Shown: positions 19,000-28,929 of the stretch, piece after piece | Layout of the letters: each line of letters starts with the position of its first letter | How positions within the stretch are numbered: the stretch's first letter is position 1 | Source: an uncultured Actinomycetota bacterium | GTDB taxonomy: Bacteria > Actinomycetota > Actinomycetes > Actinomycetales > CAWJMD01 | Length of the DNA: 64,000 bases | NCBI GenBank assembly: GCA_963835085.1 | Contig: CAWIED010000002.1 | Location: 254,603-318,602, forward strand | Reading direction: 5' to 3' | Notes under the pieces: model-generated | Database searches by the model: none | Told to the model about the DNA's origin: nothing | Seen by the model: the letters and a program-made list of their open reading frames with translations, nothing else | Program-made: the position numbers and the translations under genes

Positions 19000-20664
19000 T
19001 CAGCCGAGTACTGCCCGGGCAGCCGCACGCGCAGCCTGGGGGTCGTCGCAGTTGAGCACTGCGGTGGCAGCCTTCTGACACTGCTTGAGCGTCACCTGCG
19101 ACAGCTTGGCCCCCACGCCGCGCACGGCGGCGGCCGCACACGACAGCGACGTGATGCCCATGCCCACGAGCACACAGGCCAGCAGCGGGTCGGCCGCGGC
19201 CTCGCCGCAGACGCCCACCGGCTTCTCGGCCTTCTTGCCGGCCGCGGCAGTCATCGCCACGAGCTGCAGCAGCGCGGGCTGCCACGGGTCGGTCAGCTTG
19301 GCCAGGTCGGCCGACAGCCGGTCGGCGGCCATCGTGTACTGGGTGAGGTCGTTGGTGCCGATGGAGAGGAACTCGACGACTTTGAGCATCTTCTCGGCGT
19401 GCAGCGCGGCGGCCGGAATCTCGATCATGATCCCGGGCTTGAGGCCCCGCTTGCGCACCTTCTCCGCGAAGTAGGTGGCCTCGGCGACCGTGGCCACCAT
19501 CGGTGCCATCACCCAGGGGGAGTAGCTGACGCCGGCAGCAGCCTTGGCCACCGCGTCGAGCTGATTGTCGAGCAGTCTCGGGTCGTCGAGGGAGATCCGC
19601 AGCCCGCGCACGCCGAGCGCCGGGTTCTCCTCATCCTCCATGCTGGCGAACTTGAGTGGCTTGTCCGAGCCGGCGTCCAGGGTGCGGATGACGACCTTCT
19701 TGCCGTCGAACGCCTGCAGGACCTCGGCGTAGATCTTGGCCTGCTCGTCGACGGACGGCTCGGTGTCGGCGTCGAGGAACGCGAGCTCGGTGCGGAACAG
19801 CCCGACGCCTTCGGCTGGGGTCTCGGCCGCCTTGCGGGCTCCGTTGCCGTCCTGCACGTTGGCCAGCAGATCGACCGCGTGGCCGTCGGACGTCTGCGCG
19901 GGGCCCGCCCAGTGCGCCACCGCGTCGAGCGTGGCCTTGGCCTCCTTGGCGCGCGCTTCGGCGACCACCGGGTCGGGATCGAGCACGACCTCGCCGCTCG
20001 TGCCGTCGACGAGCACGGACGCGCCCACGACGATGTCGTCGAGGCCGCCCACCGCCACCACGCAGGGGATGCCGAGCTGGCGGGCGATGATCGCGGTGTG
20101 CGAGGTGGGCCCGCCGAGCTTGGTGCCGATCGCCAGCACCTTCTCGGGGTCGAGACCCGCGGTATCGGCCGGCGCCAGGTCTTCGGCCAGCAGCACCGAG
20201 GGCACCTCCGGGTTCGGGATGCCCGGCTCGGGCTGACCCGTGAGCTCGGCGATCACCCGGTCGCGGATGTCGTAGAGGTCGGTGACGCGCTCAGCCATCA
20301 GGCCGCCGAGCTGAGTGAACATGGCCGAGAACTGCTCGGCCGCCTTCTGCATGGCGTGGGCGGCGTCTACCCCGGCCTTGATCTGGGCCGAGACGGCACC
20401 CTGAAGTCCGCGGTCTTGGGCCAGGCCGGCGGTGGCCTGCAGCACCTCGGCCGCGGCGCCGGAGGCGTTGCTGGCGCGCTGGATGAGTCGCTGGGCGACC
20501 ACCGTGACCGCTGAATTGAACAGCTCCAGGGCTGAAGCGCGTTCTGTCTCAGCGAGTTCTACCGCGGCCGGGAGCTTGGGCCGCGGAGCCGGCCGGACGA
20601 CGGGCCCGAAGCCGACGCCCGGGACGACGGGTGTGCCAGTAAAGGTCTTGGACTGAGTGCTCAA
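19000..20664 (-). CDS. ptsI: PEP-protein phosphotransferase (PTS enzyme I)
   Basis: GGPTSHTAIIAR phospho-His motif, GVGLFRTE, SIGTNDLTQY, GVCGE. Confidence 0.96.
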   Translation of the reverse strand: MSTQSKTFTGTPVVPGVGFGPVVRPAPRPKLPAAVELAETERASALELFNSAVTVVAQRLIQRASNASGAAAEVLQATAGLAQDRGLQGAVSAQIKAGVDAAHAMQKAAEQFSAMFTQLGGLMAERVTDLYDIRDRVIAELTGQPEPGIPNPEVPSVLLAEDLAPADTAGLDPEKVLAIGTKLGGPTSHTAIIARQLGIPCVVAVGGLDDIVVGASVLVDGTSGEVVLDPDPVVAEARAKEAKATLDAVAHWAGPAQTSDGHAVDLLANVQDGNGARKAAETPAEGVGLFRTELAFLDADTEPSVDEQAKIYAEVLQAFDGKKVVIRTLDAGSDKPLKFASMEDEENPALGVRGLRISLDDPRLLDNQLDAVAKAAAGVSYSPWVMAPMVATVAEATYFAEKVRKRGLKPGIMIEIPAAALHAEKMLKVVEFLSIGTNDLTQYTMAADRLSADLAKLTDPWQPALLQLVAMTAAAGKKAEKPVGVCGEAAADPLLACVLVGMGITSLSCAAAAVRGVGAKLSQVTLKQCQKAATAVLNCDDPQAARAAARAVLG

Positions 20665-21050
20665 CGCTGAATCCTCCGTGCTGCCTGCGGAACGTCCTGA
20701 CTAAACGTCCTGACTGTCTGTGGAAGGGCTGTCTTGGGATGGCTCTGGCTGACAGTGAGGCCCGGCCAAACAACAAGCCCCCAGTCAACCAGCACCCAGG
20801 AAACACCTCAGGTGAACTTGACCACACCCAGGGGGGCTCTTGACAAGTCAAGATGTTCGGGCGCAAGATCATGCAAACGCAGGTTGAAACACAGCCAAAG
20901 ACACATTGTGGTTGAGGTTGGGTCACGAATAGGTTCTGGCTGCGATCCGAGCCCACATCAGGCAACGGTTCAGTGCTGGGATTGCCCACGTGATCCGCTG
21001 GCCCGGGTGGTCTGCAGGTGAGCGGGATGGGTCACGTCGAGGAGGACGCG

Positions 21051-21818
21051 ATGTACGCCGAGGAGCGGCATGAGGCGATCGCCGCGCTGGTCAGCCAGCG
21101 CGGGCGGGCCTCCGTCAGCGACCTTGCCGGCATCTTCGACGTGACCACCGAAACCGTGCGCCGCGATCTCGACACGCTGGAGCGCAGCGGCCTGGTGCGG
21201 CGGGTGCATGGGGGCGCCGTCCCCGCCGCGGCGCTGTCGAGCCGCGAGCGCAGCCTCGCCGAACGGCACGAGACCCGCGCCAAGCACAAGGAACGCATCG
21301 CCAAGGCCGCGCTTGCCCTACTGCCCGACACGGGGGGCAGCGTGCTGCTCGACGGCGGCACTACCACCGCGCGGCTCGCGGCGCGGCTGCCCCTCGACCT
21401 CGACCTCACCGTCGTCACCAACTCGCTGCCGGTGGCCTACACCCTCAGCGGGGTGAGCGGGCTGCGGCTGGAGATGCTGGGCGGCCGACTGCGCGGCACC
21501 ACGCAAGCGTGTGTGGGCGACGAGACCGTGCGGGCCCTTGGCCGGTTGCGGGTCGACGTCGCATTCCTCGGCACCAACGGGCTCTCGCTCGAAGGCGGCC
21601 TCACCACCCCTGACTTCGACGAGGCCGCGGTCAAGTCGGCCATGGTCGCCTGCGCTCGCCGCACGGTGCTCGTGGCCGATTCGTCCAAGGCCGAGCACGA
21701 CTATCTGGTTCGGTTCGCCCCCCTGTCAGCCATCGACGTGCTCGTCACAGACGACGAGTTCGCGCAAGACCTGCTCGGTCCGATCGAGGCCGCAGGTGTG
21801 GAGGTACTACTCGGATGA
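21051..21818 (+). CDS. fruR: DeoR/GlpR family regulator of the fructose operon
   Basis: MYAEERH..VTTETVRRDL..RVHGGA; start could be 21018. Confidence 0.88.
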   Translation: MYAEERHEAIAALVSQRGRASVSDLAGIFDVTTETVRRDLDTLERSGLVRRVHGGAVPAAALSSRERSLAERHETRAKHKERIAKAALALLPDTGGSVLLDGGTTTARLAARLPLDLDLTVVTNSLPVAYTLSGVSGLRLEMLGGRLRGTTQACVGDETVRALGRLRVDVAFLGTNGLSLEGGLTTPDFDEAAVKSAMVACARRTVLVADSSKAEHDYLVRFAPLSAIDVLVTDDEFAQDLLGPIEAAGVEVLLG

Positions 21819-22753
21819 TTGTCACGCTCACCGCAAACCCCAGCATCGACCGCACGATCGAGCTGTCGGCTGCGCTGCAACCCGGCGAGGTGCAACGCGC
21901 CGTCAAGGTCGTCGATCAGGCCGGGGGCAAGGGGGTCAATGTCACCCGAGCGGTCGAGACTGCCGGAAAGCTCTGTGTCGCACTGTTTCCCGCGCAGAAC
22001 GGCGACCCGTTCGTGTCGCTGCTGCGGGAGGCGCACCTGACCTACCGTCCGGTGCACTTCGACGGGCGGGTGCGCACGAACATCGCCCTCGTCGACCCGG
22101 ACGGGGTGACCACCAAGGTCAATGAGGCCGGCGACCCACTCGGCGCCGATGTGCTCTCGGCGCTCACCCAGGCGCTGCGCCGCGAGTGTCAGGCCGCCAA
22201 GTGGGCCGTGCTCGCGGGCTCACTGCCCAGCGGGGTGGACGCCGCCTGGTACGGCGAGCTGGTGGCCGCACTCGCCGACACCGGCGCCAAGGTCGCCATC
22301 GACACCTCCGGTGCCCCGCTCACCGCGAGCGCCGGGGCCGCCGTCAAGCCGCACCTGCTCAAGCCCAACGGGCCCGAGCTCGCTGAGCTCGTGGGCACCA
22401 CCGACGATCTCGAAGCCGACGTGGACGCTGCCGCTGCAGCGGCCAAGACCCTCGTGTCCACCGGGGTGGAGTCGCTGCTCGTCACTCTGGGCGGAGCCGG
22501 TGCCCTGCTGGTCAACGGCGAGGGCGTGTGGTTCGCCAAGAACAAGGCGCCGGTCTCGGTGAAGTCGACGGTGGGGGCCGGCGACTCGACCTTGTCGGGC
22601 TACCTGCTGGCCGATCTGGACGGGCTCGACCCGGCCGACCGGCTACGTCGTGCAGTGGCGTACGGCACCGCGGCCGTGCAACTGCCCGGCACCACGATCC
22701 CGACCCCCGCGGACACGAACGAGGAGGCCGTCACTGTCACTGCGCTCGGCTGA
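21815..22753 (+). CDS. fruK: 1-phosphofructokinase (PfkB family)
   Basis: TLTANPSID, GGKGVNV, KPN, STVGAGDS. Confidence 0.93.
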   Translation: MIVTLTANPSIDRTIELSAALQPGEVQRAVKVVDQAGGKGVNVTRAVETAGKLCVALFPAQNGDPFVSLLREAHLTYRPVHFDGRVRTNIALVDPDGVTTKVNEAGDPLGADVLSALTQALRRECQAAKWAVLAGSLPSGVDAAWYGELVAALADTGAKVAIDTSGAPLTASAGAAVKPHLLKPNGPELAELVGTTDDLEADVDAAAAAAKTLVSTGVESLLVTLGGAGALLVNGEGVWFAKNKAPVSVKSTVGAGDSTLSGYLLADLDGLDPADRLRRAVAYGTAAVQLPGTTIPTPADTNEEAVTVTALG

Positions 22754-22822
22754 CCCAGAGCTCATCCCCCACCACCCAAACCACCTTTCCCCCGAGAGGC
22801 TTTTCCACCCGAGAGGATCACG

Positions 22823-24955
22823 ATGAATCAACCGATCATCACCGAAGACCTCGTCTCGCTCGACGCCAACATCGGCGCGACCAAAGACGAGGTCATCGCC
22901 CACCTGGCCGGCTTGATCGCCGCCAGCGGTCGGGCGAGCAGCGCCGAAGGGCTGATCAAGTCAGCCATGGAGCGCGAGGCCCAGTCGGCCACCGGCCTGC
23001 CCGGCGGCATCGGCATTCCGCACTGCCGCTCCGAGGCCGTCAACACCGCCTCGCTCGGCTTCGCCCGGCTCAACCCGAAGGTCGACTTCGGAGCCCCGGA
23101 CGGCGGCGCCGACCTGGTCTTCCTCATCGCCGCACCCGCCGGGGGAGGCCAGGAGCACCTGCAGTTGCTCACCAAGCTGGCCCGCTCGCTGGTGCGCAAG
23201 GAGTTCACCCAGTCGCTGCGTGACGCCAAGTCGAAGAGCGAGCTCGTCGAGATCGTCATGAACGTTGTGCAGCCGCCGGCCGAGGTCGCCCCGGCCGCGC
23301 CCGCTGCTGCCGCCGCTGCTGCTCCGCCGGCGGCTGCTGCCGCCTCGGGTGGCGGGGAGAAGTACCTCGTCGCCATCACCGCCTGCCCCACGGGCATCGC
23401 GCACACCTACATGGCGGCGGATTCGCTCACCCAGGCCGGCGACGAGATGGGCGTGCCGGTCAAGGTCGAGACGCAGGGCTCCTCGGCCACCACGCCGCTG
23501 GCGCCCGACGTCATCAAGAACGCCACGGCCGTCATCTTCGCCACCGATGTCGGCGTCAAGGGCCGGGAGCGGTTCGGCGGGCTTCCGGTGGTTGCCTCCG
23601 GCGTCAAGCGGGCCATCAACGAGCCCAAGAAGATGATCGAAGAGGCGTTGGCGCACGCTCAGAACCCGAACGGCCCCCGGGTCGAGGCGGGTGCGGCGGG
23701 CGCGAGTGCCGATACCGGTGGCGGCGGAGACGTCGGGTTCGGCACCAAGCTGCGTCAGGTGCTGATGACCGGTGTGTCGTACATGATCCCGTTCGTGGCG
23801 GCCGGCGGTCTGCTGATCGCGCTCGGCTTCCTCGCCGGCGGGTATTCGATCGCCAACTGCGCCGACTACATCATCGGGAACTTCTCGCCGACCCACCTGC
23901 CGTCGGTCGCAGCCATCGCCAGCGCCTACTCGGGCAGCGGAACCCCGGATGCCAGCGGTGTGATCCACGCCAGCAAGCTGCTCAGCCCGGATGCGCTGAA
24001 GGCGTTGCCCGACAACGGCTTCCTGCTGTACCTGGGTGCGGCATTGTTCAAGCTCGGCAACCTGGCCTTCCAGTTCCTGGTGCCGGCCCTTGCCGGTTAC
24101 ATCGCGTTCGGCATCGCCGACCGTCCGGGTATCGCCCCCGGTTTCACCATGGGCGCCCTGGCTGTGTACACCGGCGGTGGCTTCATCGGCGGTCTCATCG
24201 GCGGTCTGCTCGCCGGCGTGGTGGCTCTGTGGATCAGCCAGCGCAAGCTGCCGAAGTGGGTGCGCGGCCTCATGCCGGTGGTCGTCATCCCGCTCGGTAC
24301 GACGCTTATCGTCGGTCTGGTCTACGTGTATCTGCTGGCCCAGCCGACGGCCTGGGTGCAGTCGAGCCTGACCAACGGACTCAAGGGCATGTCGGGCACC
24401 TCCGCGATCGTGCTCGGCGTCATCCTCGGCCTGATGATGTGCTTCGACCTCGGTGGCCCGGTCAACAAGGCGGCCTACGCCTTCGCCACTGCCGGGCTCG
24501 ACATCAGCAACGTGAACTCGCTGAAGATCATGGCGGCCGTGATGGCTGCCGGCATGGTGCCGCCGCTGGCCCTGGCCCTGGCCACCCAGTTGCGTCCCAA
24601 GCTGTTCACCGAGCCGGAGCGCGAGAACGGCAAGGCCGCCTGGCTGCTGGGTGCCTCGTTCATCTCCGAGGGTGCCATCCCGTTCGCCGCTGCCGACCCG
24701 CTGCGGGTGATCCCGCCGAACATGGTCGGTGGTGCCGTCACCGGTGCCATGATCATGGCCACCGGGGTGACGCTGAAGGCTCCGCACGGTGGCATCTTCG
24801 TGTTCTTCGCGATGGGCAACCCGATCATGTTCTTCGTCTCGCTGATCGTCGGGTTCGTCGTGGCGGGCTTCGGCGTGATCTTGCTCAAGAGCATGCGTAG
24901 GGCGCCTGCCGACAAGTCGGCCGATGAGCCGGTCAAGGAGCCGGTCGCCGCCTGA
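22823..24955 (+). CDS. fruA: Fructose-specific PTS EIIABC
   Basis: IPH in EIIA, ACPTGIAHTYMAA in EIIB, FDLGGPVNKAA in EIIC. Confidence 0.95.
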   Translation: MNQPIITEDLVSLDANIGATKDEVIAHLAGLIAASGRASSAEGLIKSAMEREAQSATGLPGGIGIPHCRSEAVNTASLGFARLNPKVDFGAPDGGADLVFLIAAPAGGGQEHLQLLTKLARSLVRKEFTQSLRDAKSKSELVEIVMNVVQPPAEVAPAAPAAAAAAAPPAAAAASGGGEKYLVAITACPTGIAHTYMAADSLTQAGDEMGVPVKVETQGSSATTPLAPDVIKNATAVIFATDVGVKGRERFGGLPVVASGVKRAINEPKKMIEEALAHAQNPNGPRVEAGAAGASADTGGGGDVGFGTKLRQVLMTGVSYMIPFVAAGGLLIALGFLAGGYSIANCADYIIGNFSPTHLPSVAAIASAYSGSGTPDASGVIHASKLLSPDALKALPDNGFLLYLGAALFKLGNLAFQFLVPALAGYIAFGIADRPGIAPGFTMGALAVYTGGGFIGGLIGGLLAGVVALWISQRKLPKWVRGLMPVVVIPLGTTLIVGLVYVYLLAQPTAWVQSSLTNGLKGMSGTSAIVLGVILGLMMCFDLGGPVNKAAYAFATAGLDISNVNSLKIMAAVMAAGMVPPLALALATQLRPKLFTEPERENGKAAWLLGASFISEGAIPFAAADPLRVIPPNMVGGAVTGAMIMATGVTLKAPHGGIFVFFAMGNPIMFFVSLIVGFVVAGFGVILLKSMRRAPADKSADEPVKEPVAA

Positions 24956-25021
24956 TCGTGACGCACGCCACCATTCGGCACTAGCATCACCCTCGGTAAG
25001 TCCCCACTTCGAAGGAGAACC

Positions 25022-25282
25022 ATGGCCAGCAAGACCGTCACCGTCGGCTCGTCCGTCGGTCTGCACGCCCGTCCCGCCGCGATCATCGCCCAGGCCGCGA
25101 CCGAGGCCGGCGTGCCGGTTACCCTCGCGACCGACGGTGGCGAGCCTGTCGACGCAGGTTCGGCGCTGCTCATCATGACCCTTGGCGCCAAGTGCGGCGA
25201 CTCGGTCACCGTGGAGAGCGACGACGACGCCGCTCTGGCCAAGATCGCCGACCTGGTGGCTCAGGACCTCGACGCGTCCTGA
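25022..25282 (+). CDS. ptsH: HPr phosphocarrier protein
   Basis: GLHARPAA. Confidence 0.95.
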   Translation: MASKTVTVGSSVGLHARPAAIIAQAATEAGVPVTLATDGGEPVDAGSALLIMTLGAKCGDSVTVESDDDAALAKIADLVAQDLDAS

Positions 25283-25296
25283 TTGCCGAGACCCTC

Positions 25297-25334
25297 AAAG
25301 GGCCGCACCCCGAAACGACGGGGTGCGGTCCTTT
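25297..25334. terminator. Bidirectional-type terminator after ptsH
   Basis: AAAGGGCCGCACCCCG-loop-CGGGGTGCGGTCCTTT. Confidence 0.8.
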
Positions 25335-25451
25335 GCTCGTTGCCCAGCCAGATTTCTCCGGGGAGTGAACACGTCTCCGCCAACGCGGCCCTCCGGTTTG
25401 ATCGTGGCCACTGCTACGCGGGCGTTGCCCGGCGCCACATAGGGTTACCGC

Positions 25452-26267
25452 GTGACCACTGGCGCGCATCTGGTTGCCCTAGACATCGACGGCACCCTGG
25501 TGCACTACGACGGATCGGTGTCGCCGCCTGTCCAGTATGAAGTGCGGCGGGCGGTCGATGCCGGCCATCACCTCGTCATCGCCACCGGCCGTTCCATCGC
25601 GGGCACGGTGCAGGTGCTCCAGGAGTTCGGCATCGAGCGCGGTTTTGCGGTCTGCTCCAACGGCGCCGTCACCGTTGAGCTAGACCCCGCAGCGCGGGAC
25701 GACTATCGAGTGGCTGAGGCCGTCACCTTCGACCCGAACCCGGTGGTGGCCCTGGTGCGCGCCCAGTTGCCCGACGCTCTCTTCGCCGTGGAGGCGGTGG
25801 GCCACGGCATCCGGGTGAACCGCCCCTGGCCGGAGGACGAGCTGAACGGCTTGGTGACGATCGTGCCGTTGGAGGAGATGCTGCGGGAGGAGACCACGCG
25901 CGTCATCGTCCGCAGCACCAACCACACCGCGGAGGAGTTCGCCGACCTGGTGCGCCGGATGGGTCTGCACCGGGTGGCGTACTCCATCGGCTACAGCGCC
26001 TGGCTCGACCTGGCTCCTGAAGGCGTCACGAAAGCCAGTGCGCTGGAGCAGGTGCGCCGGCAGCTAGCGGTCTCGCCGGAGGACACGATTGCCATCGGCG
26101 ACGGCCGAAACGACCTCGAGATGATTCGCTGGGCCGCTCGCGGCATCGCCATGGGGAATGCCCATGACGATCTCAAGGCGGTAGCCGACGAGATCTGCCC
26201 CGATATTCGCGAGGACGGGGTGGCTGTGGTGCTGGCGGGGTTGGCGTCGCCGGAGTTGGCTGACTGA
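25452..26267 (+). CDS. Cof-type HAD hydrolase
   Basis: LDIDGTL, ATGR, TKASAL, GDGRNDLEM. Confidence 0.92.
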   Translation: MTTGAHLVALDIDGTLVHYDGSVSPPVQYEVRRAVDAGHHLVIATGRSIAGTVQVLQEFGIERGFAVCSNGAVTVELDPAARDDYRVAEAVTFDPNPVVALVRAQLPDALFAVEAVGHGIRVNRPWPEDELNGLVTIVPLEEMLREETTRVIVRSTNHTAEEFADLVRRMGLHRVAYSIGYSAWLDLAPEGVTKASALEQVRRQLAVSPEDTIAIGDGRNDLEMIRWAARGIAMGNAHDDLKAVADEICPDIREDGVAVVLAGLASPELAD

Positions 26268-26308
26268 CGGACTGTGCGGCTCGAACTTCCCGGGCCTGGC
26301 TCGAGCGA

Positions 26309-26397
26309 TGTCCCTTTTCCGACACGATTAGACACCAGCGATCCTGGCTGAGCACGAAACCTGAACCTGGTGCAGTAGTCGTGTCGGAAAAGGGACA
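26309..26397. repeat. 89-bp palindromic REP/MITE-like element, copy 1
   Basis: TGTCCCTTTTCCGACACGATTA...TAGTCGTGTCGGAAAAGGGACA; second copy at 56416. Confidence 0.85.
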
Positions 26398-26662
26398 CGC
26401 CAGAGCTGTAAGCCGTGAGCGGCCCAGTGCCCAACGACGCCAGACTGCCGGCAACCCCAGCAACGTCGGCGACGGTGCCAGCGTTGGTGCTGGCGCAACA
26501 CCGGTTGCGAAGGTCAGTGCGGCTCAGTTGCTTGCTGCTCTTGGGAGTGAGATCGAAGAAGAGAACCGCGGGCCTGCTGGATCGGGCGACTAGGCAAGAA
26601 ACCTTGCCACAAGCAACCTTGTTCTCATGAAGGAGAGTGAGCCGTGGGCAACCAGTAGCCTG

Positions 26663-26800
26663 ATGAAGGCCCCGGACGAGATCGAGGAGCCGGTCATCGT
26701 CGAGTCGGCGCATCGCCACGGCGTCACCGAGGCCGACAAGCTGGATGCCCTTCGCTTCACCATCGCCCACGTCCGGCAAGACGACGACATGGTCATGTTC
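26663..26800 (+). pseudogene. Truncated small toxin-like gene interrupted by the IS3 fragment
   Basis: IVESAHRHGVTEAD.LDALR...QDDDMVMF resembles small actinobacterial TA toxins (from memory), then switches abruptly to IS sequence. Confidence 0.4.
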
Positions 26801-27129
26801 CAGACCCGGATCTCGACCGCGGCCTCACCGAGTGCCTGGCTCAGATCAGCGACCTCAGCCTCGAGCTGCTCCTCCCGGGTCGACGGACCGGACTTCCCAG
26901 CCGCCAACGCTGTCTTGCCGGCCTCGAGAAAGTCGGCCTTCCACCGCCCGATCGACTGCTCGCTGACCTTCTCCCGACGCGCCGCCTCAGCGATCGTGAG
27001 CTCGCCGGCGATCACGCTGAGCACGATCCGCGTCTTCTTCTCAGCAGGAATGGATGGGGGTCTGCCCATGTGTCTGACTCTCCTTCAGGACTGACTCAAT
27101 CGTCCTGCCACAAAGTCTGACGCGCGACA
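26800..27129 (-). mobile_element. IS3-family fragment (left end + orfA, no orfB)
   Basis: End TGTCGCGCGTCAGACTTTGTGG at 27129; orfA from 27069 MGRPPSIPAEKKTRIVLSV..TIAEAARREKVSEQSIGRWK, breaking at EIRVW. Confidence 0.75.
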
Positions 27130-27435
27130 TTGCGAAGTACTCCGATCCCGAAGGTGGCCCCGTCCGGCGCCCACCTTCCTCGCAAGAGAGCCAACGAATC
27201 GTCAACAAGCATTGCCACAACTAGGCGCTCATCGCCACACCCGGATTCCGCTCATCGTGCGGTTGAGTTGAGGGAGGTTGTCGGCGTACCGGGCTGGGCG
27301 TCGGGGGCAACTTGCTGAATGGCGGGGAGGGGTCTGTAGTGACCACGAGAGTTCCAACGTCTGTTGCGGACCAGATGATGCCTCGTCACCAAAGCCAAGC
27401 TCCGCCTCATCACCGGCGGCGCCGGCTGACTCGGA

Positions 27436-27933
27436 TCACACGAACGAGGCGTGCACTACCTCGAACTCTGACGTCCATGACGCCAGCCCAGCCCGAATCT
27501 CTGCATCCGAAGCGGAGGTGAAGTCGGGTGGCGGCTCGTCTCCGCCGGGGATGTCACCGACGTAGAACTCGGCAGCCGAACCGGCCACCTGGAGTCTGCT
27601 GCCCGACGTGAGATCCGCGATGCACGAGAACCCTTCACCAGACGCAGCAGGCTGCCAACCCATGACCGCCCGCCACATTCGTTGCGCTCGCGGTTCCGTG
27701 CGCCACTGAAGGTCCCTGACGCCGTGGACCACGACGACTGCGGTGTTGCCCATCTCCAACTGCAGAGCACCTCGACAATCGAACAAGAGCCAGACCGAGG
27801 ACGTTGTCGCATCCATCTTGACGTCGAGCAGCGCTGCTTCCAGCAGCGCATCAGGCTCGGCAAGTGCGTCAGCCTCGGGCATCGCAGCGAGCGATCGGCG
27901 CTCGGGCCATGCCAGGAGTTCCTCGATGATCAC
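27436..27933 (-). CDS. Putative immunity protein for the upstream small toxin
   Basis: Acidic ~165-aa ORF; GTG start overlaps the toxin TGA (GTGA). Confidence 0.65.
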   Translation of the reverse strand: MIIEELLAWPERRSLAAMPEADALAEPDALLEAALLDVKMDATTSSVWLLFDCRGALQLEMGNTAVVVVHGVRDLQWRTEPRAQRMWRAVMGWQPAASGEGFSCIADLTSGSRLQVAGSAAEFYVGDIPGGDEPPPDFTSASDAEIRAGLASWTSEFEVVHASFV

Positions 27934-28655
27934 GGCAGGAACTCCCAGTGCCACCACAGGCTGGACTTGCCGACAGTCTGCCCAGTGAACGGATTGATCG
28001 TCTGACCGCCACCGTTGAGGTACGAGGCGTACCCGTTGGGCTTGGGGTACTTGCCGCCGGTGACTGGATCCATGATCCGGACGTCGGAGGCGGAGTCGTT
28101 GAGACCGTGGCCGCCGCTGCCGCCGCGGAACATGAAGCCCCTGCCGCTCTCGACCGGGAACGGCCCCTCCGCGCCCTTGGGAACGATCACAGTCTCGCCG
28201 TTGGGCTTGACGATGAAGCTCGGAGACCGGGCAACGCCCGACCCGACGTCCTCTGCTGCGTTTGCGGCAACGATCGCACCTGAAGTGGGGCGTGCTTGTC
28301 CGACGGCGCCCCCAGCAGCGGCCAGGTTCGCCGCGCCGCTGCTGTCGATCCGCAGAAGCTGAACGCTGGGGTCGTAGGTGGTGGGGTAGTGACCTGTGAC
28401 GGTGCTCGGGCGCGCCAAGTAGCCGTCCGACGCCGCGTCGACGGCCAATTGTGGCGCGGTGTAGTCGTAGGTGATCGCAGGCGGACCGCGCTCAAATGCC
28501 CCGTCAACGACCGAGGGCGAAGCCGCAGGGCTGGTGTACGCGTGAGGCGTGATGGCCGGAGACAGCCCGCCAGCGACGGCGCTTGGCGACGATCCGACCA
28601 GCAGCGCGAGAACTGCCGCGAGCAGAGCGGCGGCGAGTGCACCGATCCTATTCAT
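27930..28655 (-). CDS. Signal-peptide-bearing polymorphic toxin without RHS repeats; nuclease-like C-terminal tip
   Basis: MNRIGALAAALLAAVLALLVGSSPSAVA signal; linker with ERGPP; VAAN junction; tip VRIMDP..YPKPNGY..Y.N..GQTINP.TG..WH. Confidence 0.65.
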   Translation of the reverse strand: MNRIGALAAALLAAVLALLVGSSPSAVAGGLSPAITPHAYTSPAASPSVVDGAFERGPPAITYDYTAPQLAVDAASDGYLARPSTVTGHYPTTYDPSVQLLRIDSSGAANLAAAGGAVGQARPTSGAIVAANAAEDVGSGVARSPSFIVKPNGETVIVPKGAEGPFPVESGRGFMFRGGSGGHGLNDSASDVRIMDPVTGGKYPKPNGYASYLNGGGQTINPFTGQTVGKSSLWWHWEFLP

Positions 28656-28929
28656 CCAGTGCGTCCCTGATCAGTGCGCGGAGCTCGTCCAGACGGAAGA
28701 CGGCAGCCGGGACCTGTTCATCGAGCAACGTCGTGAACTGGATCTCCTCGAGATCGGCTTCCGCCAGGCGGACAGCGTTCGGCACACCCGTGCCGTCGTT
28801 CTCGAATCGCGGGATCGCGCTCTGCAGCACAGCTTGCACTTCGCCAAGCATGGCGGTCCCCGCTTCGAGCGCAGCGATCACTGCTAGAACATCCTGGGCG
28901 ACCGCGGCGTTGTAGTCGTTGAGTTTCAT
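28648..28929 (-). CDS. Putative immunity protein of the RHS toxin
   Basis: 93-aa acidic helical ORF, ATGA-coupled to the RHS stop. Confidence 0.7.
   Translation of the reverse strand: MKLNDYNAAVAQDVLAVIAALEAGTAMLGEVQAVLQSAIPRFENDGTGVPNAVRLAEADLEEIQFTTLLDEQVPAAVFRLDELRALIRDALDE

Noticed and set aside
16776-19028. 750-aa ORF ending in glutamate racemase
   Set aside because: The upstream part is an off-frame reading of ilvA; murI starts at 17546.
18922-25066. Long antisense ORFs over ptsI and fruA
   Set aside because: Typical high-GC shadow frames with no recognisable motifs.
26590-27094. Overlapping antisense ORFs of 159 and 155 aa
   Set aside because: Chimeric readthrough across the junction between a truncated gene and the IS3 fragment.
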